From: Amoeboaphelidium protococcarum X5
Lineage: Eukaryota > Fungi > Aphelidiomycota
Direction of reading: 5' to 3'
NCBI GenBank assembly: GCA_023515725.1
Contig: JALDTO010000266.1
Location: forward strand, 1,341,580 to 1,405,579
DNA length: 64,000 nt
Shown: positions 26,069-41,355 of the stretch, one piece after another
How positions within the stretch are numbered: position 1 is the stretch's first letter
How the letters are laid out: each line of letters opens with the position of its first letter
Position numbers and translations under genes: made by a program
Notes under the pieces: generated by a model
Database searches by the model: none
What the model was told of the DNA's origin: nothing
The model's input: the letters and a program-made list of their open reading frames with translations, nothing else

Positions 26069-27344
26069 TCACATAAACTTTTTATGAATGACTTCCGGGT
26101 CTTCCTCGTACTCTTCTGCAGTTATCCAGAGTTTCTTGAAAGTGCTCAGAGAAGCTAATATAGAGCCACCAATCCACGTTGAGTACTTGCGCTCAGGTGG
26201 AGCGAATATCTTGATTTTAACATCGCGCATAGACACTTGCTTCACCTCTGCCAGCAATCTACTTCCGAACCCCTTCAGTAGAGTTGTACCACCAGAGAGG
26301 ATAATATTCTCGTATAAAAGTCTCCTCAAATCCAAATCAACCTTGTTGATTGAGTTCACTAGCATTTCATGTACGCCAACACACTCAGAGCCGACAATTT
26401 CCGGTTTGAACAGAATCTCTGGTGCCAAATATCGTTCGCTGCCAATTTTAACAACCTGACCATCCGGCAAGACATACTCCTCATAGTCAATGTCAAGTAA
26501 ATGAGACTATTAAGGACCAAGTTGACCGAAAGATGCCAAATAAGAACATTTTTCTTTGATTGTTCTACACAGATCCATCTCTGCACTGGTCCAAAAGTCT
26601 ACTGCTTTACAAGCATCACCACGACGAAGCAGATAGGCCATATAATTAGTGACATCACGACCAGCTATATTTACGCGATGAATAGCCTGAGGAATAGCGA
26701 ATCCTTCATATATGGGCACACAATGGGATGTTCCATCACCTATATCAAGGACGACACCTGTAGTTCTACCTGAAGCATAAAGTGCCAATACAGCTTGGAG
26801 AGATACATAAAGAGCAGGAACATTGAAAGTCTCAAACAGCACTTGAGCCATTAAATCTCGATTTCGTCGCGGGTTCAAAGGTGCCTCAGTGATCAGCAGA
26901 GGATGATCTTCACAGTTAATTCCCATCTGCTGGTACGCGTGTGACCATAACAGCTCCTAATCACTCCAAGACTCTGTAATGCCGTGCTGAAGAGGATAAT
27001 TGATGCGACAGAGTCCTCTATTATTCAGCGCATCCATTCCTATGAGAACATCCTGGCTCAAAGATCCAGCCATAATTCGCGTATGTTTCGGTCTTCCTAT
27101 GCTACATATACCTCAAATCAATTAATATTCGGGGAATCTAGTTATTAACCTTATTTATGCTACAAAGACTCTTACATTGACGGTATGACATAGGATGGCT
27201 GCTCAGCCCCAGCAAGTCCGCATTTTAGCACTCCACTTCCCTGCAAGTAATTAAAATGTTTAATAAAGTGGTTATTGAAATAAGAGCTGAATGTAATGAA
27301 CTTACATTGTCAATAACAACAGGTTAATTAATCAATGCTTCCAT
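26069..27344 (-). CDS. ARP1: Actin-related protein 1 (centractin), somewhat divergent (introns 27241-27305, 27102-27175)
   Basis: NQPVVIDN|GSG, GRPKHTRIMAG, TEAPLNPRRNR, DVKIKIFAPPERKYSTWIGGSILASL: Arp1-type signatures rather than conventional actin. Confidence 0.88.
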
Positions 27345-27589
27345 AACTATAATAGCTTTTCTTGCTAATGCAAAGTTGACCAGAGCGCGGTAAATGTCTT
27401 AACTTTAAGGCGGACAGTTAAAGTGAGTGAAATTTTAAAGCTCTGTTGTTCTTTGTTTAAACGAATGCCAATCCTACGCGATCTCTGTGCGCTGTTGAGA
27501 AGAGCAATTCCCTCCTTCTTTTGCTGTCACAAATAATTGCCAAGTTCTTGCTTAGAATAGAGACTTTTTCAATTTTTATATCCCGTAAA

Positions 27590-28864
27590 ATGATTTCCAG
27601 TCTTGGATAGACATTGTGGAATATATAGAATAAAATTATTAAACATAATGATGAAGATGTGTGGTGGTCGCAGCTATAACATCCCTCAGTGTGTGAGAAT
27701 ATCAAGCTGATGCAAGCTAAATTTGGCACTGATGCGGGGAAAGAGAAGAAGGCAGAGAAGAAGTAATTCAAGTGGAAAACTTCATTGGATTCTTCATTTA
27801 AATTCGATTTCAAGAAGCAGCATCCTCTGCGTAGTCTGCTTGATTTCAGTAGAGTTCGCGCTGTCGATGGTAATGACCCAGCGGCGGAAGGTGAATAGCA
27901 ATCTGATCAGGAACTACCACATAACGGTGATTCATCCCTCTCTTCTTCTGCGGTCTTTGTTGAGGGCGTGGAGAGAAGCGCGTCCGGCTCGGTGGGAGTT
28001 TTCTTTGTACAGCTGAATTGTGGCAGTTTTGTGTTGAAACCGGGTGCTCATTCACTTTACGACGAGGTTGTGGCGTCGCTGATCAGCCTGTTGTTTCAAG
28101 TGCCAACGCCGCGCTTTGTTCTACTCAGAACGGCTGATGAGTCAACTGATCACTTAATTACGTGTATAGCCAAGTAAGACAAGAATATGGTCACTATGCG
28201 CTTGAGTGAGTATCTGTATGTTCTTGCAATGGAGTACGTGCCCGGATGTGGAGTGTAAGAGTTGAAGAATTTATCAATCAAGAATTACGATGAGATGATC
28301 ACGTCGCTGGGGAAAATTCTGGCTCTCGATGTGATGCTGAACAATGGTGATAGAATTCCGTTTATTTGGGAGAATCAAGGTAATCCTGGTAATATGCACA
28401 CCGTGATCAGAGCTAACGAAAGTAATTTGGATGGTAATGAGAATAATTTTAATCTGGTTGTTGATTTGATTAATATTGATCCTGGTATACGCGCATTAGA
28501 TATTGAGTAATTTCCTTAAGGGTGTGATGAATATATAAACAAGGTGGCGGATATTTTGAAGAAAATGGTTTAGTTTGATCAGAATGTCACATCCGCAGTT
28601 CCTAAAGAAGTCGTATATCTTCTCAAGATTTTATCAATGTGGGCTCAGTAAGAGTTCAACTCTAGCTATTATGCAAAGCTATTGACCAAAGGATTCACCT
28701 AAATAATCTATCAGTTTAGAGAGGAAGCTCGGGCGAAAGAGATATATGACACGACTGCTATTATACTAGGCATCGATATCCCATTATGTGAGGGCTACAG
28801 TTAACCGCAAAAGGAATTTGTTTTGAAACTGATGCATCTATTTGAAAGGCACAGTAAGCTCTGA
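27590..28864 (+). CDS. Actin-fragmin kinase (AFK) catalytic-domain protein; start uncertain
   Basis: RSASGSVGVFFV..FVLKP..EVVASL..VPTP..VLAMEYVPG..LGKILALDVMLNNGDRIPFIWENQGNPGN..INID follows the AFK atypical-kinase motif order. Confidence 0.85.
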
Positions 28865-29160
28865 ATTTTACTATGTAATAAATTGATTTAGCTCATTTAT
28901 TAAATTGTTTTTCTTTTGGAAGTTCTTCCTTTAATGATGGTCTTTTTTAAGCCGCGTTCTATGGAGTAAGTTTTGAAATAAAAGTGTCGCATTGACTGAC
29001 TAATGTTTTATGGAAATCTGGTCCATCCGCGTTAGATTGTACATTAAATATTGCACCTCCATGATAAATAAGTCTGAATAAATCTTCAAAACTAATTATA
29101 GCGATACTTTAGTATATTTTGCTTGTTCAGTAAATTTACTTTGAGATTTGATAATGCAAA

Positions 29161-31200
<2,040 letters not shown>

Positions 31201-31445
31201 TCTAATAGCGCTATTCAGTTGTTTTCAATCCAAGTTTAAATGAGGAGAGAAATTGATAAAATGAAAGTAGGAAACTATCTTTTAGAGTACAGAAGTGGCA
31301 ATAAGAAAAAGGTTTTGCCAATTGGACGCGGCACTTTGAAAGAACACGATCGATTCGCGCGGTCTTTCCATTGGCCGGTAACCGACGCGACAATTGGCAT
31401 TAGACGAGTACCTTAATCAAATCGTTAAAAATTCATACATTAATT

Positions 31446-32168
31446 TCAGAGATCGCGTAATTTTAGCCTTGTACTTAAACTGGCAAGTTGTTCATCAATA
31501 GTTTTGAGCTCATTTTTACTTTGACTAATCCTTTCTGCAAGCTGAGAGGTATTGTTAACGGCTCCAATTCTTGTTGATTGGGGCGTGAAGTACAACGTTC
31601 CATCAATTTCCTCAAAGGAATATCCTCGTTCTTTCAGCTATTACTCACCATTACTTCTAGTAAGGCATTCTTTACTTGTTGAATTGTATAAGTCAGGAGT
31701 CCGACAGCTTATTGGCGTGTAGATATCTTCGTTTAAGCATTCTTTATTTAATTTGACATTATAGTCGCGTTGTGATAAGCAGGTACAAGCGTTTTGGTAA
31801 TCAACCAAGATTTCTTCAAGAATGTCCAGCATTGGTGTTTAACACGAACCAGTTGTATTATCGAAATTATCCAAATTTTCTTACTAGTCAGTTTAACCTT
31901 TTTACAGATTGAGAGCAGTTAAGTTAGACCATGATGGCGTAGAATATTTAGTTGATGCCACCTGGGAACCAGACTCAAACGATCGCGATGAGCATACTGA
32001 CTATCTAAAGTACATATCAAAATTCTAGTCACACGGCTCATGACTCTATTCTTATTAAAGTTAAAGAGACTTGTATAGCCTCTTTTCATACTACATTTCA
32101 GTTTAATTGAGAGTCAGGTTTTCTAGTTAAAGCAGAAGGGTATGTGACTAGAAGTGATCGAAGTTCAT
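31446..32168 (-). CDS. Hypothetical protein (240 aa) with C-terminal coiled coil
   Basis: ATG-to-TGA open frame with TAR=Gln filling the BiP-SYO1 interval; no family recognised. Confidence 0.55.
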
Positions 32169-32368
32169 TAAACGACGTCTATCGTAGCAGTAGAAAGCAT
32201 TTGAAACAGGAGCGCTTTTAATCGTGGAAGAGAAAAATGAAATTTCTATTAAAGGCGCTCTTTATAGACACCAGAATCTTGAAGTGCAAGGCTTCTAATA
32301 CTAATAATGTAGTTAGGATATTTTTGACAAGATAGCATCGATTCAATCTCTATTTCAACTCATGTTTT

Positions 32369-34255
32369 TCACTTCAATTGCTAGTCCTTGTACTTTAAAA
32401 ATCTCACCAAATTCTAATTCATCTCAGATAATCTCAATCTAGCATTACGATAATCAACGTCCACTGCTAGAGCCACATAATCTATCACCGTCATATCTGA
32501 CAATTATAATTCTTATGCCACTTGACAACTTAATTAATCATGATAATTAGACGCGTTCGACTATCTTGGATTTATAGCCTTCACTCTAACTTTAATCGTA
32601 CTAGAGAGAGCTTTCAACTTCTTGTGCAAGAAAACGTTATCAGCATAGAACTAGTTGTACGTATCAGGGCCATACAAGTCTATGAACGCGTTGATAACCT
32701 CACTAAGAACAGTGGGAGAGTATTGAGACACTTGAGCGGAACTACCAGAGCCGACCTGTGATTCTATACAGTTAACCATAAATAACGAAACACACTTCAA
32801 CTACTATTCATTCAAACATGGCGACTAGACAACTACATCTAGCAGTGACATGAGATTAGTTCTTATTGCCAAAACAATCTAACTCATTGAGCGATTAGTA
32901 TTGTTGTTCAAATCTTCTGATACAGTCAGTTGGTATAAGCTCTCAAACACCAACAGCAACTGATTAGTTACTTGATTGCTTGAAATAGAACCTCCAATAG
33001 AAAGCAATTGCGCGCTAGTAACGGAACATACCTCAGAGTAACAGAGCAGTACCAAAACTCTCATCTAAACTTCCTGTACAGAGCCCACTACTTACGAAAT
33101 ACTATTTAATGTTTCCAGAAGGATTTACTAATCCAACTTGATGTTCTATGCGTTACTGAGTAAACTACAGATAAAACTAGTCAACGTACATAGACACTTC
33201 AAATCCACTAGCACCATTTAAGATGCAATGCTACTCAACACACTCTAGAATAACTAAGAACTAATCAATGAAGAGCGCAAGTAATCGACAAGTCCCCCGT
33301 CGACAATCTTAACAATCGCAGCATCTTCGACATTATCAATCATTACCTCATCCTAGTTTATCATATCGTCGTCCTCCATTTCATCAACAACCTCTTCCTC
33401 ATCCAACTCTTCGCCCTCATTAGACTCAAATAGAACAGACAAATATTCTAATACCTGACATAAATTACCAAGTCTCGGCGCGTCTAATTAATTACCAATA
33501 TCACTAACCTATTCATGTATGAAATTAAGAAACTATTCAACGGATGATTAGACATTTGATGGATAAGTCTCTGCATGGCACAAGTTTTCAATTATACAGC
33601 ACTCAAGTAGGACGCGTTACTGTTGATCAACTTTACTGCGCATATCATGTAATGAGTTATTCACCAGCTCAGAGTACTCTTATTTAGTCTAGCATTAAAG
33701 CATTAATAGTTCCAAGATGGAGCCAACTATAATCTGATTCTACGTTCTCTACATCAGTTCAAATAAAATACGCTCATCTATCAACGCGTAAGAATTCTCT
33801 ATAGCATAGCATAACTCGACCAATACCTTCACACTATACTCCAATACAATATCATTCTATGATGCTTGCAGTAAGCCATTCAACACAGAATGAATATCAA
33901 CATCCAGCAGTTGTTTTATAGGCGCCTCCTATGGAAGACTGGCCAAAGCGAGTAAAGATTAGACACATTCAATAGATACTGCTTCCACAATTTAGGATGA
34001 TGCTACAGCTTCAATCAGCCAATTCAAAACTCCATGCTTTACAATAGGCTTGACATTCTCGTGATTCTCACAGGCAATCACCAGATTGGACAAAGCCTCG
34101 CCGATCGCAGCCTCACTGCCAGACAGCAGCTGACTCCTAATCTTTATAATATCACTTGCATCACTACTCAGTTAGCTGGTAGAATCCTTTCCTGGATTGA
34201 CGCGTTTAATCGGATTGAATCTCTTCCTTATCCTGCCTGATGTCTTTTTGCCCAT
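32369..34255 (-). CDS. SYO1: Syo1/HEATR3 ARM-HEAT ribosomal-protein import adaptor
   Basis: Basic N-terminus MGKK..RKRFNPI, central acidic loop EGEELDEEEVVDEMEDDD, EVINAFIDLYG, C-terminal NLVRFLKYK. Confidence 0.78.
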
Positions 34256-34419
34256 TTTGCGTTGCTAAGAGAAATCAATGAGAGACCAAAGTAGCGCGAA
34301 AGACGAGCACAATCAAAGTTGGAATAGAAAAATATAACAAGTCAAAATTAATCAAAACAATTTCTTCTATAATCTTTATAATCATCATAAGAATCTCTTC
34401 CGATATAAAGCGCGGCAAT

Positions 34420-37176
34420 TCAAATTTCGCAAGACTTGCGGATCGCGTTCTTGTCAGTGCCTTCATCGCTAGGTGAGGATGGGCAGGAGAACATGTTCGG
34501 CTTCTCATCAGATTTATCGCTTCTCTAACTCTGTCTTCTTGATGCTGGCACTGACTTATGATTAGACTGCATAAAAGACAGAATAGATTCTCTACTAGCA
34601 GTGACGCGATGTTTAACGGTCCTAGTGAGGGACAGACGCGGGAACATGGCAACACTTTTTATGCTCATCGAATCAGACTTGTCAACAAGGTACGGATTGC
34701 ATGATTGATGAGATCCCTATAAGCTCTAATTCTGAGACCAAGTACCTTCGGAAGACTGGATTCCAGTATTTACCGAATCTCTTCTGGTGCGCAAGACACT
34801 AAATGCACGCGTTAGCGTATAAGTGTCCATAGCTGGTGGAAGATCTAAGGCTTTCTTCAACTTTCCAAACTGCCAGACCAATTGATGCAGTCGCTTCTAT
34901 CTCACAGCTTCATCAAACCTCAACTTATCCTAATCATTACGTTTACTTGAGTTGTACAAATACGTGATATTTTTCTATAGTAAAGAGGTAAAATCGTCCA
35001 CATTGCTCCACCAAAACTCAGTTGTAAATAGGCAAGTAGCGTCGCTGATGTCTTCAAATTTGTGTCCTCTCTGCCCGATAAGCATTCTAAACTTTTCAGA
35101 GTGGCCTTATATCACACCAACGTACTCATATCGGTTAGCAATTTAAGCAAAGGACTTAATCAAACAACTCACATTGTCAGTATAAATTAACACAATTAAA
35201 GATTTTGGAGCCAGCGCACTAATCCCTTTACCCTCAATCTTTGCTATATGGGAAACAATTTCATAATTGTCCTCGCCTTGACAGACCATAGTTACACAAT
35301 CCTTAAAAGTCTATATTGGATACTTCAGCTACAGCTAGGCTCTGTATGCAGATAAGAATTTCTCGATATCCACAATCTAGAATTGTTTGCAAAAAAAGGA
35401 GCAGTTTTACACGTTTCTCCAACTATCTGCACTGTCTTTTTACTAAATCACGGGAATCTTACTGCCCCTGCTCCGCTGCCTGTCCATAAAAGCCTCAATT
35501 CTGATACCGCCAGCATGCTGCTCTTAATCCAAACTTGTGATAATGCAATCTTTATATTCGTAGAAGGCCACAAAACTCTCACTGGAGCCACTTTCCTTTG
35601 CATTTTTCTTTACTTTCTACACTTGAGTTACAAGAATAGAGTCGCTCATCAAGTATAGAATACCAGCCATAGGTATATCTTGTTGTTGAAAGCAGATCTC
35701 AGAGATTGCAAAAGTTCCGATAATCTTCCTAGAGGCACTGATAATCTCGGGCGGGCAATTCTAAATTGACTACTGTAACTGATGAATCTATAACATGCCT
35801 TCTTGCTCAGCAACAGCTCTATTGATCGCTTTTGCCACTTCATCAAACTACTTGATCAGGCTCTCAATCTTGCCATACTCTTCAGACTCCATATCTGTAT
35901 ACCGGAGCAATTCTTTAAATAGCAACGCGTAACGTGGTATCTTTTGCACAGGTTCAATCATAATATCATCAATGTCACGTCGCTCTACGTGCTTCTACTT
36001 TGACACTGACGCTAAGAATGAGTTCAGAGCCTAGTTATCCAATCTAGTTCTCGTAAGTGCTCTCGCCACCTACTTCTAATCCTTACCATACGCCTCATAC
36101 ATTGCCAAATATTTCATCAAAGGCTCTAGCTATGAGGCGATATTATTTTATTCAATCCCAGTCTTGATAGCCTCTATCATCTTCTCATGAAAGGCAATAA
36201 ACTGAGGTAGCTTCTTGGGCATAATCTCATTAACTTCAGCCATGGTCATGATATCAGCTTTGATCAGTCCCTACTTGAAATCAAACTCTAAAATTTTCAA
36301 TCGCTGCAGATAATTCAGCTCATTGTTGAATATTTCGTCCAAGATTCTAGCACGCTTCTGCTCATTAACAGAGGAGGCTTTGGAATTAGACAGCGACTTA
36401 GAACTGGATGACATCAAACTATCGAATGATTCGTATTGAGATTGAACGCGTTTCCCCATCAGATCATTAAACAGACTGTAAGTTGTAGAGTTGACATGAT
36501 CTTCACTTTCAAAAACTGGCATGACATCAAGTTCAATGCGCTGTGGATAAACGTTCGATTCATAATTAAGCAAATACGGAGCGATTGCCAAATAATTCAC
36601 TTGTTTGAGTGACGCCGCGATGGCGCCAGCGTCAACTTCATTCGTAAATTCCAGCTAATCTCTTGAACTATCAATCTCGCAATTCGATATAATCTTGGCA
36701 CAGTACTCAGCCATGAATTGACTAATACTTGCTTACAAGATATGTTAAGCTCTGGAACTACTCTTCTTCTTCTTAATCTGCATTTAACTAGCATCCACTA
36801 CGAAAGCCTCGCAACTCAACGATGTTCTGACAATTACACGATAAAAATCAAGACTCAGCGACTAGTCTTAAATGAACGATATAGCAATGTAACCAAGCCG
36901 GCTGTCATGACCAACATACGTCTCATGATTCTTGCAGATGCCATGATGAAAATAGCGTTCAAAATACCCAGGGAACCATCCACTATTAGCTTACTATTCC
37001 ACGTGCTCCTTTACTGAATCGCTTGTTATCTCGGTTTGAAATCCCGATTGTTTCAGCTTTGATTCGACAATCTACACACAAATTGGAAGAATCATGGCTA
37101 AAATGAATCTAGCACGGCCACCAACGCTTACCTCGAAACTCTTCAACTCTGATTACGTTGGTTCAATAGTACGCAT
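34420..37176 (-). CDS. Dbl-homology RhoGEF (DH-PH) with N-terminal RapGAP-like remnant; 5' end uncertain (possibly to 37375), one likely 60-nt in-frame intron near 37072-37131
   Basis: DH motifs RARILDEIFNNELNYLQRL, YEAYG, DIMIEPVQKIPRYALLFKELL, AKAIN; long single frame to TGA. Confidence 0.85.
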
Positions 37177-37662
37177 TATATCGAAGTTTTAATATAGCTA
37201 TTCTAATTAAATACGGCAATAATTACTTACCAATGTTTAAAGATTGTGAGTGAATGAGCTGACATTATATCATGTTTAAAATTCTCTCTCCATGTCTACC
37301 AATTTCACCGTTGTCATGGATAATATTGATTCTGATTTTGATGCCTTTGCAGTTGAAAACTTGACACTTTAACATTTATAAATGGTTTAACATTTAATTG
37401 CTTATGACTTAAAGAACTTTTCTATGTAAAGCTCATAATAAAGAACATCAATAAAGATAGAATGTATCTTCAGGGCAGAAATATCATCCTCTTAAAAGTC
37501 GATCCCTTGCTACATCATCAATTCAGTTTCGGAACGGGGCATTTCCAGATGGCAACGCGACAATTGTTCCTTCTTTTACAGCGCACGTTGCTATTTCTGG
37601 AACATTTCCAGTAAAATTATAAATTCGAGTCTATTAATCATTTGAACTAGAACATACTGGCT

Positions 37663-38372
37663 ATGAATATATTTAGACTATTTGGAGATTTGCTCCATCT
37701 TGCGTCGATAATCATTCTAATATTAAAGATGCAAAAGTCTCGCTCTGTTGCCGGTAAGCTTGAGATTTCAAACTTTCGTTCATAAAGTACCCAGTAATAA
37801 CACCACCTCAATAGTGTGTAGGTATAAGTTTAAAGACATAAATTCTGTATACGGTTGTCTATACCACTCGGTATCTGGATCTATTCGTGCATTTCATCTC
37901 GCTGTATAATACTCTGATGAAAATGATATTTATTACTAGTAGCTCTTACATTCTATATCTCATGACTAGAAAGTACCGCGCAACTTATGATCCTCAGTAT
38001 GATACTTTCAGAATCGAGTTTCTACTGGTTCCTTCAACTCTACTAGCCCTGCTATTCCATTATAATTGGTCGCCGCTCGAGATACTCTGGACATTCTCAA
38101 TATTCTTGGAGTCTGTGTCCGTGGTACCTCAATTATTCTTGTTGACCAGAACTGGCGAGGCTGAGACGATTACAACGCATTACCTGTTCGCCCTCGGTGC
38201 GTATAGAGGATTATATATTTTGAATTGGATTTGGAGATTGTCCACCGAAAATCATTACTCTGACTGGATATCATGGATTGCGGGAGTGGTATAAACTGCT
38301 CTGTATGCAGATTTCTTTTATCTCTACTTCACCAAGGTGCTCAGAGGAAAGCGTTTTGAACTTCCTGCGTGA
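37663..38372 (+). CDS. ERD2: HDEL/KDEL receptor (intron 37754-37821)
   Basis: MNIFRLFGDLLHL, GISLKTQILY..TRYLDL, FLESVSVVPQL, GEAETITTHYLFALGAYR, QTALYADFFY. Confidence 0.97.
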
Positions 38373-38517
38373 TTCTGATATTTATAACATACTTCATGGA
38401 AAAAGATGGCTCCATAAATTTCATTGCTTTTCTCCAAGACGCTTTCTAATCCTGTTTAAATTTAGGAAAGAAATCGATATAAATCTATTCTCTTTATTAA
38501 GACACTGATTTTAACGA

Positions 38518-39348
38518 TCATAATAGAGATGGATCGCCGATTTACCGCTGGCAGAATATCCACTCTTCATCTTCAACAGCTCGCTTGTGCTGCAGACGTG
38601 AACTCAAAGCCTAGTTGTGGTCAGCTGCATCATCGGCTTTTTTAATTACAACAGCAGAGGGTGATTTCCCATTCTTGGAGTTGATATTATTACCATTATT
38701 GCCTTCATTGCTTTTCTGTCCAGATTTCAGGTCCTTCTTATCTTCATAGTCGGATTCATCAGTGCTGGTGGCCATTTCTTTCTGTTGGTCTTTAGTGGCA
38801 GCCTTGAGCAGATCAATGTGAGAGAGATCTGGTCTGGCGGATATCACGGCATCCAACACATGCACCTCCAATTCACCATTCCTGAGTACACCTACAGCGT
38901 ATTGCCCAGTATTATTTCTACCGTCCATCAATCGGTCGCCATATAAGCTGATGCCAGACAGTTCATTCTATTTCGACGCGTCAATCTTGTTCATCATTGG
39001 CCGTTATGCATCCGATGATTACTATAGATTATAATTCACAGCCTGACCATACGTCTATCCCATGTCTCCATCATAATTCTCAGAATCTATTGACTCTGTC
39101 ATTTACAAGATTCCACTTTAAGGCTTTATTGCAATATCGCGTCCCAATTTAGGCATTTGATTAGCATTTACTAGTGGGTAATGGATCAAGTAGTTGTACA
39201 CTTACTCTTACTTTTAAGGGACTTGGCCATCTATTTACATATTAGATTCATCATCATCTTGGATATTTACTAAATCTCTTTTAATTACTCGCAGTGGTAT
39301 CCTGTATTTAATTCGCTTGTTATCCATATTTGTCATTTTCTCTTTCAT
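38518..39348 (-). CDS. RNA polymerase III subunit C37/Rpc5 (Sin-like N-terminal domain)
   Basis: YLIHYPL, IKPQSGILQM, YAVGVLRNGELEVHVLDAVISARPDLSHID, EDEEW. Confidence 0.75.
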
Positions 39349-39489
39349 CCACTTTGTTTGAACACACTAAGAGCTCATGCCGCGAGCTTCTAGCCATTGC
39401 GACGGGAGAAACAGTGATGATAGTCGCAATCTTTAAACATTCTCAGTAAAAACCACAAAGTCTAAATTTAACATTAAATTAATTGAAAA

Positions 39490-41082
39490 TCATTCTTCTT
39501 TTATATTTCTTTTCTTTGGTTTGAGGAGTAGGACGGACAGTAGACGGCACGCAATAATTCCAAGGTGGCCGAAGAAGAATACAGCATGCCAGCTTGCCAT
39601 ACTTTCGCGCAAGTACAACGTGATAAAAGGTATGGTGCAGTAAGATAGCATTATTTGAGATGCAATCCATCCCATAATATTCCAAATTTAATCGTAAAAT
39701 TGTAATTTCATGGCAGCAGTCAGTCTATCTTACTATTTGACACCACCATTACCTTACTATGAAGGATCATCTTAAAGTTCAAAACCATCACGGAACTGAA
39801 AGTAAAGCTTTCGAAGCCTCCGTTCAACGCTGGTCAACAATGCACCACTGACAAAAGTCAAATAATAGCCAGAGTAGAAGCCATGCCATAACGCGCTAAT
39901 CACGAATACTCCATACGTAGCCATAGATTGTACACGATGACTAACCTTTTACTAAACAGATTAGGACACTACCGCTATACCATCTTCGCCAACTTTTACA
40001 TCTTTTGAATCAATAGGCACAGCTTTAGGACTTGCCGCCTATATAATTCTAATGTAAACATAATGTTTCAACCAATGATGAGTTCGCGCATTCCACAGCC
40101 GGGTCAACTGTTAGAAACTAGTGGCAGTCTCTATGGCCAGAGGGGCTACATTACTTAATCCACCCCAGTCTATGAACACATCTCCGATCTTGGAATCCAA
40201 GTACCGAGAGTACAGTGACTTATCAGATCTAACTTTAGCACCACATCCCATCGCTATACACGCACCTTCGCTAATCAACCATACACAATAAAACTTGGCT
40301 TTAAAGCCTTATAAGCACATATATATAAAGAATATACGCTAAATTAAGATAAAAGGATTCAGACTGAATGCCAAGAACTCAGCTGATTAATACACAGACG
40401 GAGGGAAAAGCTAGCTCAATACCAGGTGAATCATGGTGAAAAATACACCATACAACAGTCGCATTAAAGCGGGAACCACTACATGCTAAATCTTAATCAT
40501 CTAGACACCGGGCACGCTCAATCCCTTTATGCTTATCAGAAAATCATTAAACTCAATAGATGGACCACAAAGGAACGTTGGAAAAAAGAAGATGAATCCA
40601 AAGTACTCTGCCAGAGATGGATACTAAACTATAGAGTACCGACTACCATCTTACACCGGTTATTTATCTTCTCTGTTCCAGCCATCATAGACGTTCCACG
40701 CAAATGAAGACACTTTTATCGTGACAATCATCATTGGACCAGTGAGATCTATGGAATTGTTAGGATTAAAGATCTGACGACGCAGATGACAGTAAGATAA
40801 ATGTAGAATACTAAGACCAAAGATCAAAATAGGCACTCGCCGATGCTTATATTAACCAAGAGTATAAGAGTATAACATTGCCAGCGAGACGTGGAATACA
40901 CAAGGCCAACCGTAAACATAATATCCCATAGAAAGTCCAATCAATCCACAATACAAACTCTTGGTCAGTTATAGCTACTCAGAACATGGCTTCTCTCTCA
41001 AAGGAAACAGATAAATGTATATAAGACTGAGCGGATAAGATGCAAATAAAGCAACCGCAAATCTGATTAAATTATTGTCCAT
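39490..41082 (-). CDS. MBOAT lysophospholipid acyltransferase (Ale1/LPCAT3-like)
   Basis: LFASYPL, DLTGPMMIVTIKVSSFAWNVYDG, WNARTHHWLKHYVY, SALWHGFYSGYY (catalytic His); multi-TM. Confidence 0.92.
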
Positions 41083-41355
41083 AATTGTTAACTTTTGGAT
41101 TGCGATTAGATCTACAATCGCCCACTCAGAAAGAGAGAAAGATTTGATGGAGAAAGTTTCACGCTCAGTCATTCACTCTGATGAGACGCGACAAGAAACC
41201 ATCTCGCTTATCAAACGCGTCTTGTTTCACCATCTCAAGGCTTTATCATTTGAATTGTTTCACCTCTAAAAGTTCTTTCTTTACGCCCTTTTCGTATCAC
41301 TCATTCATTTATTGTGATATACAAGTTTGATACAAGCTCTTTACACGCCATAAAG

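Noticed and set aside
37203-37230. 28-nt micro-intron extending the RhoGEF to ATG 37375
   Set aside because: It restores a frame, but it is far shorter than the other introns and its acceptor (ATTAG) does not fit the TGTAG consensus. Unsupported without RNA-seq.
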